A stretch of DNA of 17,560 bases from Tubiluchus corallicola (GCA_030141605.1 JAQGDQ010002024.1:1-17560), one strand, 5' to 3'; numbered from the stretch's first letter, positions 8,801-17,560 are shown. Numbers and translations: made by a program. The notes: generated from the letters alone by a model not told the origin.

Positions 8801-10428
8801 AGAACATAATACACAATACAAAGCAGAACATAACACAATATAAAGCAGAACATAACACATAATACAAAGCAGAACATAATACATAATACAAAGCAGAACA
8901 TGACACATAATACAAAAGAAGAACATGACACATAATACAAAGCAGAACATGACACAATACAAAGCACACACATCACACGCAATACAAAGAACATCAACGT
9001 AAACCAACTGCAACAATGACAAAAAAGAGAAGGACTCCTACTTCAAACTCTGCCGGTGGGGACCAGTCACATTGACTGCTCAACCTTAGATGGATAACTA
9101 CTGACATAACACGTAGTACAAAGCACACACATAGAACATAACACATAATACGAAGCTGAACATAACACATAATAAAAAGCACACACATAGAACATAACAC
9201 GTAATACAAAGCAGAACAGATAGAACATAACACTTAATGCAAAACAGAACATAACACATAATATGAAGCACACACATAGAACATAACATATAATACAAAG
9301 CACACACATAGAACATAACACATAATACAAAGCACACACAGAACATAACACATAATACAAAGCACAACATAACACATAATACAAAGCACACACATAGAAC
9401 ATCAACGTAAACCAACTGCAACAATGACAAAAAAAGAGAAGGGGCTCCTACTTCAAACTCTCCCGGTGGGGACCCAGTCACATTGACTGCTCAACCTTAG
9501 ATGGATAACTACTGACGTAACACGTAGTACAAAGCGCACACATAGAACATAACACATAATACAAAGCTGAACGTAACACATAATAAAAAGCACACACATA
9601 GAATATAACACATAATACAAAGCTGATCATAACACATAATAAAAAGCACACACATACAACATAACACATAATATGAAGCGCACATATAGAACATAACACA
9701 TAATACAAAGCAGAACATAACACATAATACAAAGCAGAACGCATAGAACATAATACAAAGCACACATATAGAACAGCAACGTGAACCAACTGCAACAATG
9801 ACACAAAAAGAGGGGGGGCTCCTACAACATGACCACAAAAAGACAAAAGGCTAGACAAGTTTCTCATCACCACAGTTGCACAAGCCACCATATAAGCAAC
9901 TAAGCCTTCTGTATCATGCTGTAATAATAGCATGATTATGATACATTGCATTATCAAATAACGGTTTCATAAGGTCATACTTAATTATGCGTCTGCTCGA
10001 TTAGATTTCGTCCTGACTTATTCAATAAACTATGCATCTAAGGCGAGCCACTGAACCAGCAGATGTGTAAAAGCCATGTTCGTACACGTATTAATTCTCC
10101 TCCTACAAAGTAAATGGCCCGAATCAGCATGGGAAATGAAACCAACCAGAATTGAAGTTATTCACCCATCCACTCACTGACTAACCACAGTACTTCTGTA
10201 AGCCAAGTGCAAAACTATTGACACTGAAGCAAATTTTCAGTTAAATTCATTTGCATTCATTTTCTGCAATATTCATTAGCGACTATCTGGCTGATTTTTC
10301 TAGATTCTATGCCGGACGACGTCCAATATGCAGACGAAAAGCCGCCTCCTCCGGTCAAGAAGCAGGAGAGCGACTTCGATGCTCTGCTGAGGAGTGTACA
10401 AAGAGCTCAGAAGAAGAAACTGAGGTGA
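871..10428 (+). CDS. PPARGC1: PGC-1 family transcriptional coactivator (PPARGC1/PPRC1/spargel-like), 3' partial gene; join(871..2083,3390..3788,4713..4919,6401..6459,8160..8246,10304..10428)
   Basis: All five internal introns are GT-AG with matching phases (2,2,2,1,1), giving 2090 nt and about 696 aa. The motif order matches the PGC-1 family: TPPTSPP, DHDYC, RS-rich region, EERRIIYVGRI...FGPIEEVSVHFRDEGDNYGFVTF...DAFAAIE...FELCFGGRRHFCQSSYADLDS, then DFDALLRSVQRAQKKKLR*. The N-terminal exons lie upstream of the window. Confidence 0.93.
2120..2670. mobile_element. Non-autonomous Tc1/mariner-superfamily element (MITE), left terminus eroded
   Basis: GTGTCTCAAAAGTCACTATACAC at 2120 is the inverted complement of GTGTGTAATGACTTTTTGAGACACCCTG ending at 2670, which is followed by TA. 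There is no transposase ORF. It is homologous to the element at 3867-4444. Confidence 0.8.
3390..3788 (+). CDS. PPARGC1: PGC-1-like exon encoding the Ser/Arg-rich (RS) domain (399 nt, phase 2-2)
   Basis: Acceptor TTTTTCTAG ends at 3389 and donor CAG|GTAATC is at 3788/3789. The translation RSRSSSSSSGSSSSSRS...RRYRSRSRRSRRRKRSYRERRYRSRSRRLKRDR is in phase with both neighbouring exons. Confidence 0.92.
3867..4444. mobile_element. Non-autonomous Tc1/mariner-superfamily element (MITE), 578 bp, TA target-site duplication
   Basis: TA|CAGGGTGTCTCAAAAGTCACT ... AGTGACTTTTGAGCCACCCTG|TA gives 21-bp TIRs with one mismatch. TA lies at 3865-66 and 4445-46. No transposase is encoded. Confidence 0.88.
4713..4919 (+). 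CDS. PPARGC1: PGC-1-like exon: end of the RS/charged region and N-terminal half of the RRM (RNP2 IYVGRI)
   Basis: Acceptor AATTTCAG ends at 4712 and donor GG|GTAAGT is at 4919/4920. It encodes SLSRKRRRRAERRRAEDEERQKQKVEQMEERRIIYVGRIPDGTARRDLRRRFERFGPIEEVSVHFRDEG. Confidence 0.93.
5061..5573. mobile_element. Non-autonomous pogo/Tigger-like DNA transposon (MITE), 513 bp, TA TSD
   Basis: TA|CAGTCATACCTCCGTTTTCGA ... TCGAAAACAGGGGTATGACTG|TA gives 21-bp TIRs with 2 mismatches. Subterminal repeats AAATCGGTTTTC occur near 5101 and 5515. The pogo/Tigger assignment is inferred from the CAGTCATACC terminus. Confidence 0.82.
5684..6110. repeat. Compound trinucleotide microsatellite (GAT)n/(GGT)n
   Basis: Continuous interspersed GAT and GGT runs. 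It lies in the intron between 4919 and 6401. Confidence 0.97.
6401..6459 (+). CDS. PPARGC1: PGC-1-like 59-nt exon carrying RRM RNP1 (DNYGFVTFVYKCDAFAAIE)
   Basis: Acceptor TTATTTTCAG ends at 6400 and donor G|GTAAGT is at 6459/6460. Phase 2 in and phase 1 out fit the flanking exons. It is absent from the ORF track because it is short. Confidence 0.93.
6836..6888. repeat. Short degenerate (GT/GC)n alternating purine-pyrimidine tract
   Basis: GTGTGCATGTGAGCGCGTGTGCGCGAGTGCATGTGTGTGTGTGTGCCTGTGT. It is mirrored at about 16715-16767 in the inverted copy. Confidence 0.7.
7136..7211 (-). mobile_element. Degenerate tRNA-derived sequence (SINE head or tRNA pseudogene)
   Basis: The minus strand reads GGAAGATGCAG-TGGCCTAGCGC (A-box-like) ... 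GGTTCAAATCC (B-box) AGCCTTCATCCC with tRNA-like spacing. The stems do not pair well enough for a functional tRNA. Confidence 0.5.
8160..8246 (+). CDS. PPARGC1: PGC-1-like 87-nt exon, C-terminal RRM part (EGNNDPSEPQFELCFGGRRHFCQSSYADL)
   Basis: Acceptor TTTCTTTTTCTTGCAG ends at 8159 and donor G|GTAATC is at 8246/8247. The FELCFGGRR..C...YADLDS motif is characteristic of PGC-1 proteins. Confidence 0.94.
8462..9824. repeat. Composite higher-order tandem repeat: 3 modules (579, 410, 374 bp), each a conserved head, a variable A/C-rich minisatellite and a conserved tail
   Basis: The head CTTCAAACT..CGGTGGGGAC..AGTCACATTGA.TGC.CAACCTT.GATGGATAACTAC occurs at 8462, 9041 and 9451. The core is made of AATACAAAGCAGAACATAACACAT-type units of about 22-34 bp. 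The tail ACATCAACGTAAACCAACTGCAACAATGAC...CTCCTA ends at 9040, 9450 and 9824. Confidence 0.9.
10304..10428 (+). CDS. PPARGC1: PGC-1-like terminal coding exon (DSMPDDVQYADEKPPPPVKKQESDFDALLRSVQRAQKKKLR*)
   Basis: Acceptor CTGATTTTTCTAG ends at 10303 and completes YADL|DS. DFDALL...Q matches the conserved PGC-1 C-terminal DFDSLLKEAQ motif. The TGA stop is at 10426-10428. Confidence 0.92.
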
Positions 10429-10740
10429 CCCCCCTTCTTAAACGGAATAGTCCCTCGGTTAAATTATTTCCACATTTATTAAGAGACTACTTGAAATCGA
10501 TCTACCATGTGACTTGAACTAGAATGTCATCTGAGCTTACATGGTTGATAGCTTCTGTTACTTGTACTCTTAGAACTTTAATGCTGTTCTGATGAACGTA
10601 TTAATTCAGCCAAGGATTTGTCACAACAACATACCTATCAAGAAATGGACACTGGTCAGCAAACTTTGTTGGCTTGAAGTGAAAAGGCAAAGTTGTGGTT
10701 TTCCAGTGCTGTTACTTGTCTAGTTTAGTGTTATTATCAG

Positions 10741-13430
10741 CTGTTGTTAAGCATACAGTCAAACCTGTTGTTAAGCATACAGTGAAACCTGTTGTTAAGC
10801 ATACAGTCAAACCTTTTGTTAAGCATACAGTCAAACCTGTTGTTAAGCATACAGTCAAACCTTTTGTTAAGCATACAGTCAAACCTGTTGTTAAGCATAC
10901 AGTCAAACCTGTTGTTAAGCATACAGTCAAACCTGTTGTTAAGCATACAGTCAAACCTGTTGTTAAGCATACAGTCAAACCTGTTGTTAAGCATACAGTC
11001 AAACCTTTTGTTAAGCATACAGGGAAACTTGTTGTTAAGCATACAGTCAAACCTGTTGTTAAGTATACAGGCAAACCTGTTGTTAAGCATACAGGCAAAC
11101 CTGTTGTTAAGCATACAGTCAAACCTGTTGTTAAGCATACAGTCAAACCTGTTGTTAAGCATACAGTCAAACCTTTTGTTAAGCATACAGTGAAACCTGT
11201 TGTTAAGCATACAGGGAAACCTGTTGTTAAGCATACAGTCAAACCTGTTGTTAAGCATACAGTCAAACCTTTTGTTAAGCATACAGTCAAACCTGTTGTT
11301 AAGCATACAGTCAAACCTGTTGTTAAGCATACAGTCAAACCTGTTGTTAAGCATACAGTCAAACCTGTTGTTAAGCATACAGTCAAACCTGTTGTTAAGC
11401 ATACAGTCAAACCTTTTGTTAAGCATACAGGGAAACTTGTTGTTAAGCATACAGTCAAACCTGTTGTTAAGTATACAGGCAAACCTGTTGTTAAGCATAC
11501 AGGCAAACCTGTTGTTAAGCATACAGTCAAACCTGTTGTTAAGCATACAGTCAAACCTGTTGTTAAGCATACAGTCAAACCTTTTGTTAAGCATACAGTG
11601 AAACCTGTTGTTAAGCATACAGGGAAACCTGTTGTTAAGCATACAGTCAAACCTGTTGTTAAGCATACAGTCAAACCTTTTGTTAAGCATACAGTGAAAC
11701 CTGTTGTTAAGCATACAGTCAAACCTGTTGTTAAGCATACAGTGAAACCTGTTGTTAAGCATACAGTCAAAGCTGTTGTTAAGCATACAGTGAAACCTGT
11801 TGTTAAGCATACAGTCAAACCTGTTGTTAAGCATACAGTGAAACCTGTTGTTAAGCATACAGTCAAACCTGTTGTTAAGCATACAGTCAAACCTTTTGTT
11901 AAGCATACAGTCAAACCTTTTGTTAAGCATACAGTCAAACCTGTTGTTAAGCATACAGTCAAACCTGTTGTTAAGCATACAGTCAAACCTGTTGTTAAGC
12001 ATACAGTCAAACCTGTTGTTAAGCATACAGTCAAACCTGTTGTTAAGCATACAGTCAAACCTGTTGTTAAGCATACAGTGAAACCTGTTGTTAAGCATAC
12101 AGTCAAACCTGTTGTTAAGCATACAGTGAAACCTTTTGTTAAGCATACAGTCAAACCTTTTGTTAAGCATACAGTGAAACCTGTTGTTAAGCATACAGTC
12201 AAACCTTTTGTTAAGCATACAGTGAAACCTGTTGTTAAGCATACAGTCAAACCTTTTGTTAAGCATACAGTGAAACCTGTTGTTAAGCATACAGTCAAAC
12301 CTTTTGTTAAGCATACAGTGAAACCTGTTGTTAAGCATACAGTGAAACCTGTTGTTAAGCATACAGTGAAACCTGTTGTTAAGCATACAGTCAAACCTGT
12401 TGTTAAGCATACAGTCAAACCTTTTGTTAAGCATACAGTCAAACCTGTTGTTAAGCATACAGTCAAACCTTTTGTTAAGCATACAGTGAAACCTGTTGTT
12501 AAGCATACAGTCAAACCTTTTGTTAAGCATACAGTGAAACCTGTTGTTAAGCATACAGTCAAACCTGTTGTTAAGCATACAGTCAAACCTGTTGTTAAGC
12601 ATACAGTCAAACCTTTTGTTAAGCATACAGTGAAACCTGTTGTTAAGCATACAGTCAAACCTGTTGTTAAGCATACAGTCAAACCTTTTGTTAAGCATAC
12701 AGTGAAACCTGTTGTTAAGCATACAATGAAACCTGTTGTTAAGCATACAGTCAAACCTGTTGTTAAGCATACAATGAAACCTGTTGTTAAGCATACAGTC
12801 AAACCTGTTGTTAAGCATACAGTGAAACCTGTTGTGAAGCGTACAGTCAAACCTGTTGTTAAGCATACAGTCAAACCTTTTGTTAAGCATACAGTGAAAC
12901 CTGTTGTTAAGCATACAGGGAAACCTGTTGTTAAGCATACAGTCAAACCTGTTGTTAAGCATACAGTCAAACCTGTTGTTAAGCATACAGTCAAACCTGT
13001 TGTTAAGCATACAGTCAAACCTGTTGTTAAGCATACAGTGAAACCTGTTGTTAAGCATACAGTGAAACCTGTTGTTAAGCATACAGTCAAACCTGTTGTT
13101 AAGCATACAGTCAAACCTGTTGTTAAGCATACAGTCAAACCTGTTGTTAAGCATACAGTGAAACCTGTTGTTAAGCATACAGTCAAACCTGTTGTTAAGC
13201 ATACAGTCAAACCTGTTGTTAAGCATACAGTCAAACCTTTTGTTAAGCATACAGTGAAACCTGTTGTTAAGCATACAGGGAAACCTGTTGTTAAGCATAC
13301 AGTCAAACCTTTTGTTAAGCATACAGTCAAACCTTTTGTTAAGCATACAGTCAAACCTTTTGTTAAGCATACAGTGAAACCTGTTGTTAAGCATACAGTG
13401 AAACCTTTTGTTAAGTATACAGGCAAACCT
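10741..13430. repeat. 24-bp tandem repeat, 112 copies, highly homogeneous
   Basis: The unit is CT(G/T)TTGTTAAGCATACAGT(C/G)AAAC. The register is kept without indels from 10741 to 13428. Confidence 0.98.
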
Positions 13431-13712
13431 TCAGGCATGGTGGTTGATACCATTCACTTGAAAATTATGACGTAAATGGGAGACTTCGTGAATTTTCATA
13501 AGTGCAAAGCAGCTTTACGTGAACACGAGCTGCTTAAACTAACTCAAACTTCTGCAGTTTACCTAATGTTTATGCAAAATTACCACAAAACTATCGGATT
13601 TTTTTGTAAAAAATTATTATACTTTTGACATAAATTGATAGTGCGCTACTTTTCTCTACTTTGAAGAATTGGGTTTTCAAAATGGCGGTACCCAAACGTG
13701 AAGTGATCCGGA

Positions 13713-13718
13713 ATTAAA
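13713..13718 (+). promoter_or_regulatory. Candidate polyadenylation signal (ATTAAA) of the PGC-1-like gene
   Basis: This is the first AATAAA/ATTAAA hexamer I can find downstream of the stop codon, and T-rich sequence follows it. Its use is unproven. Confidence 0.3.
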
Positions 13719-13795
13719 ATTGATTTTGCTAATTACATGAGGCAGTTTAGTCACTTTTGTCACTAAATGCTAAAATTTTTTGCAAACCTTAAAAT

Positions 13796-14702
13796 AAGCC
13801 TGACTTCCCAAAAAGTTTGACTTTTCCTTTAATAGAGATTTGCTTATTATACGTTTATTGACACTTGGACAAACCTGACTTCCCAAAAAGCTTGACTTTT
13901 CCTTTAATAAAGATTTGCTTATTATACGTTTTAATAAAGATTTGCTTATTATACATTTATTGACACTTGGACAAGCCTGACTTCCCAAAAAACTTGACTT
14001 TTCCTTTAATAGAGATTTGCTTATTATACGTTTATTGACACTTGGACAAACCTGACTTCCCAAAAAACTTGACTTTTCCTTTAATAAAGATTTGCTTATT
14101 ATACGTTTATTGACACTTGGACAAGCCTGATTTCCCAAAAAAGCTTGACTTTTCCTTTAATAAAGATTTGCTTATTATACGTTTATTGACACTTGGACAA
14201 GCCTGACTTCCCAAAAAGCTTGACTTTTCCTTTAATAAAGATTTGCTTATTATACATTTATTGACACTTGGACAAGCCTGACTTCCCAAAAAGCTTGACT
14301 TTTCCTTTAATAAAGATTTGCTTATTATACGTTTATTGACACTTGGACAAGCCTGACTTCCTAAAAAGCTTGACTTTTCCTTTAATAAAAATTTGCTTAT
14401 ATGTTTATTGACACTTGGACAAGCCTGACTTCCTAAAAAGCTTGACTTTTCCTTTAATAAAGATTTGCTTATTATACGTTTATTGACACTTGGACGAGCC
14501 TGATTTCCCAAAAAAGCTTGACTTTTCCTTTAATAAAGATTTGCTTATTATACATTTATTGATACTTGGACAAGCCTGACTTCCCAAAAAGCTTGACTTT
14601 TCCTTTAATAAAGATTTGCTTATTATACGTTTATTGACACTTGGACGAGCCTGATTTCCCAAAAAAGCTTGACTTTTCCTTTAATAAAGATTTGCTTATT
14701 AT
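13796..14702. repeat. 75-bp tandem repeat, about 12 copies
   Basis: The unit is AAGCCTGACTTCCCAAAAAGCTTGACTTTTCCTTTAATAAAGATTTGCTTATTATACGTTTATTGACACTTGGAC. There is one partial internal duplication near 13904-13955 and a few small indels. Confidence 0.96.
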
Positions 14703-15355
14703 GTTCTGCTTTGTATTATGTGTTATGTTCTGCTTTATATTGTGTTATGTTCTGCTTTGTATTGTGTATTATGTTCTGCTTTGTATTATGTATTATGTTC
14801 CACTTTGTATTGTGTTATGTTCTGCTTTGTATTATGTGTTATGTTCTGCCTTGTATGTGTTATGTTCTGCTTTGTATTGTGTTATGCTGCTTTGTATTAT
14901 GTATTATGTTCCGCTTTGTATTATGTGTTATGTTCTGCTTTGTATTATGTGTTATGTTCGGCTTTGTATTATGTGTTATGTTCTGCTTTGTATAATTGTT
15001 ATGTTTTGCTTTGCATTATGTATTACGTTCTGCTTTGTATTGTGTGTTACGTTCTGCTTTGTATTATATATTATGTCTGTAGTTATCCATCCAAGGTTGG
15101 GCAATCAATGTGACTAAGTCCCCACCGAGAAAGTTTGAAGATAGTGAGTAGGGAGCAAAATCTGGACCTTTCCCGGTGCCTCACCTGTTGATCGTTGTCC
15201 TTTGGCGGTAATTTTGCACGTGTGTGCTGCTGTAGATTGTATGATTTTTGGTTGTTCGTCTCTTTTCGTCGTTTGTGCGTGGCGTTGATGTCATTTAAGT
15301 TTAATTAGCAACTAAGGAATGAATTTTAGACAAGAAGTAGTATCAAAAGGATTAC

Positions 15356-15442
15356 CCAAGTCAGCATAACTCGATTGACAAAAATGCCTTCGTCCACCAA
15401 AACAAAGTTCAAACTGCGGTTCAGATGGATCGTTATTCCCCT
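15356..15442 (-). pseudogene. Duplicate of PGC-1-like exon 8160-8246 (identical, splice sites intact); functional status unknown
   Basis: It is the exact reverse complement of the 87-nt exon, with AG at 15444-15443 and GT at 15355-15354. No copy of the terminal exon follows on this strand. Confidence 0.7.
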
Positions 15443-16391
15443 CTGCAAGAAAAAGAAACTAATTCATAGAAACATAATTCATTTTATAGTACAGGTATGC
15501 AGAAATCATTAAAGGAAGAGGGGATACTTTTTCATATACTACCCCATTACTACGTCAACTACGGTAAAAAGTGCACCCACAATATTGCAAAAGCATTTCT
15601 GATAATTAAATAATAGATTAAAATCTTAACTAACGATGAGCGAGCCCAACTGTAGATGACATCATCACAAACTAACATAATTTCCAACAGCAAAAATATT
15701 CCGTGGCGTGTCGCACGCACTTGCGAAAATGAAAATTGAAGGACAGTGCTACTGTAAGATATTCAGTGTGTTGTACTAAAACTAGGTAAGTTTCAAGATA
15801 AAATTCAAATTTCAAATTTACCGCTGTGTTCAGGCATAAGCTGTGGAACGTGTGTAGTACATCACAAACTAACACATCTGAACTGAGAGGTACAGCATGT
15901 GTTTTCTGTGCAATTCATTTCCAAAATGCAAGTGCTGGTGCCCGTCTAGCTAGCGAATGGTGAAGTGCAAGTAACAGCGAAGAACTAGTGGCGCGAACGA
16001 GAAATTGTGTTTGTGTGGTAATAATTCTTTTACCTAAGTGATTCTTTAAAAAATAGTATGTTTCCTTTCAATATTTTAAAGAGTAGGTTGTTTTGACATA
16101 CAGTTTAACATTGGGTCCAGTTTTGGTTTAAATTAAATGCAATAGACATTGATTGATCTCTCTAAAAATGCATTCTATGAGCCAAAACAATGCTGATGTG
16201 GTAAATGTGAGTGCAAAAGAAAACTTATTCTTACGATAAACGTTAAATTCCTTACTCAGTTAAACATTGTAGATATACTTCACATTACTTGCACACACAA
16301 TAAATTAATTAGACTTTGATATCAACAGTTGAAAGACCAGAAACTTGAAATGTTAGGTGAAAGTGACGAACATTGGACTGCCTTGACAACT

Positions 16392-16468
16392 GGAAGATGC
16401 AGTGGCCTAGCGCACAAGACACTGGCAAAGTAAGCCGAAAGCCTCGGTTCAAATCCAGCCTTCATTCC
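16392..16468 (+). mobile_element. Duplicated copy of the tRNA-derived/SINE-like remnant
   Basis: It contains TGGCCTAGCGC ... GGTTCAAATCC and is the mirror of 7136-7211 inside the inverted duplication. Confidence 0.5.
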
Positions 16469-17157
16469 ACTTTTTCAAATTTCCTACCTTTCAAGTTTGG
16501 AATCAAAATCTAATTAATAATCTTAACATCGAGATTATAACAACTAATTAAATTTGGATCGTTATAACCCTTTCACTAAGTAGTTTAGTAGGCCGTATTA
16601 CATTTTGCACATTTGAGAATAACTTCTTGTGGTGTGTTACTAAAACAGAATCTTGTAAACAAACAAGTAGTTGTTCGTTACTGAGTGATAATATTAAATA
16701 TTAGTTTTATTTCTACACAGGCACACACACACACATGCACTCGCGCACACGCGCTCACATGCACACCCTCATAAATAAGCATGTACTTATATTTAGAAAC
16801 CAGTTTTCACAAAAGACACAGTACTAATCCATAATATGCAGTCATTTTATAAGAATGCATAACAAACTAAACTCACCGATCTACATGATTTTGCATGAGA
16901 ACGTACCATACAGACCGGTATTGTGGAATGTACCTGGCTTCAGACGCTGGTTAGCGTTACTTATTGCGAAGCAACCCCAATCCCACGGCTGTTAAACTTT
17001 TCTACAACGTTCTGCATGGTTGTAAGCGGTGAAATAAATGGACCTGGGTGACTGCGCTTAGTGCTGAGCTTGGGCAGCAGTCTATCGCTTACACGAAAAA
17101 CATGGGAGGCAATGTGCTGCCTTCTGTAGTGAAAGGGTTAAGACCTTGTACACTTAC

Positions 17158-17216
17158 CCTCGATGGCAGCGAAAGCATCGCACTTGTACACGAACGTGAC
17201 AAATCCATAATTGTCG
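17158..17216 (-). pseudogene. Duplicate of PGC-1-like exon 6401-6459 (identical, splice sites intact); functional status unknown
   Basis: It is the exact reverse complement of the 59-nt RNP1 exon, with TTTTCAG acceptor and GTAAGT donor retained. Confidence 0.7.
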
Positions 17217-17560
17217 CTGAAAATAATAAAAGCAGCACTGAAATGCAAAAAGGAGACATTGTTACAGATTCTCTCAAAGCTGCTAGTGTTCCTCCGGAGG
17301 CACACTTTTGCCGGATAGCGAATACCGGATATCTTCGACTATTTCTTCAAATTGACTTCTGGATTCGGACAAAGACAGATAGTAAACTTACAAACTTGCA
17401 AATTTTAGCGCGTTCTTTTAGTCAATCATCTATCAGCCTACGCACTTTGAAAAGACAATAAATAGACAACTTAATGAGAAGCAGGGAGATTTTAAATTAT
17501 TGTTGTCAACATCATCATCATCATCATCATCATCACCATCATCATCCCATCATCATCACC

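Larger units (their letters stand above)
14697..17560 (-). repeat. Inverted duplicate of about 5879-8881 (introns plus two RRM exons), continuing beyond the window end
   Basis: The reverse complement aligns collinearly (14697 to 8881, 15442 to 8160, 17216 to 6401, 17510 to 6108). Differences are scattered substitutions, a 12-bp indel near 17117, one extra 24-bp minisatellite unit and a shorter microsatellite. Confidence 0.96.

Noticed and set aside
8485-9957. Cys/Tyr/Val/Leu-rich minus-strand ORFs and their mirror ORFs at 14641-15117
   Set aside because: They are translations of a TG-rich minisatellite, open in several frames, and are not membrane or keratin-associated proteins.
10695-13475. 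885-926 aa ORFs on both strands ((VKHTVKPV)n, (TGLTVCLT)n, (MLNNRFDC)n)
   Set aside because: These result from a 24-bp (multiple of 3) satellite lacking stops in several frames. The + ORF starts at GTG and several frames are open at once. There is no non-repetitive domain. Only ribosome profiling or proteomics could rescue them.
13770-14662. 25-aa repeat ORFs (GSQACPSVNKRIISKSLLKEKSSFL)n
   Set aside because: They are translations of the 75-bp satellite, broken by frameshifting indels.

Overview
Eukaryotic, AT-rich, intron-containing genomic DNA, probably from an invertebrate animal. The window holds the 3' part of a PGC-1 family coactivator gene (PPARGC1/PPRC1/spargel-like) on the + strand. 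Six GT-AG exons (871-2083, 3390-3788, 4713-4919, 6401-6459, 8160-8246, 10304-10428) join in phase to give about 696 aa. The protein carries TPPTSPP, the DHDY HCF-binding motif, an RS domain, an RRM and the terminal DFDALL motif. The introns carry a 47-bp satellite, three TA-flanked Tc1/mariner-type MITEs, a (GAT/GGT)n microsatellite, a tRNA-like SINE remnant and a three-module composite repeat. Two related MITEs in opposite orientation bracket the RS exon. After the stop codon lie a 112-copy 24-bp satellite and a roughly 12-copy 75-bp satellite with AATAAA on both strands. From 14697 to the window end there is an inverted, slightly diverged copy of about 5879-8881. It contains identical copies of two RRM exons but lacks the last exon. 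It is either a real convergent partial paralog or a mis-joined second haplotype. The very long ORFs in the ORF track are repeat artefacts. No CRISPR array or prokaryotic system is supported.
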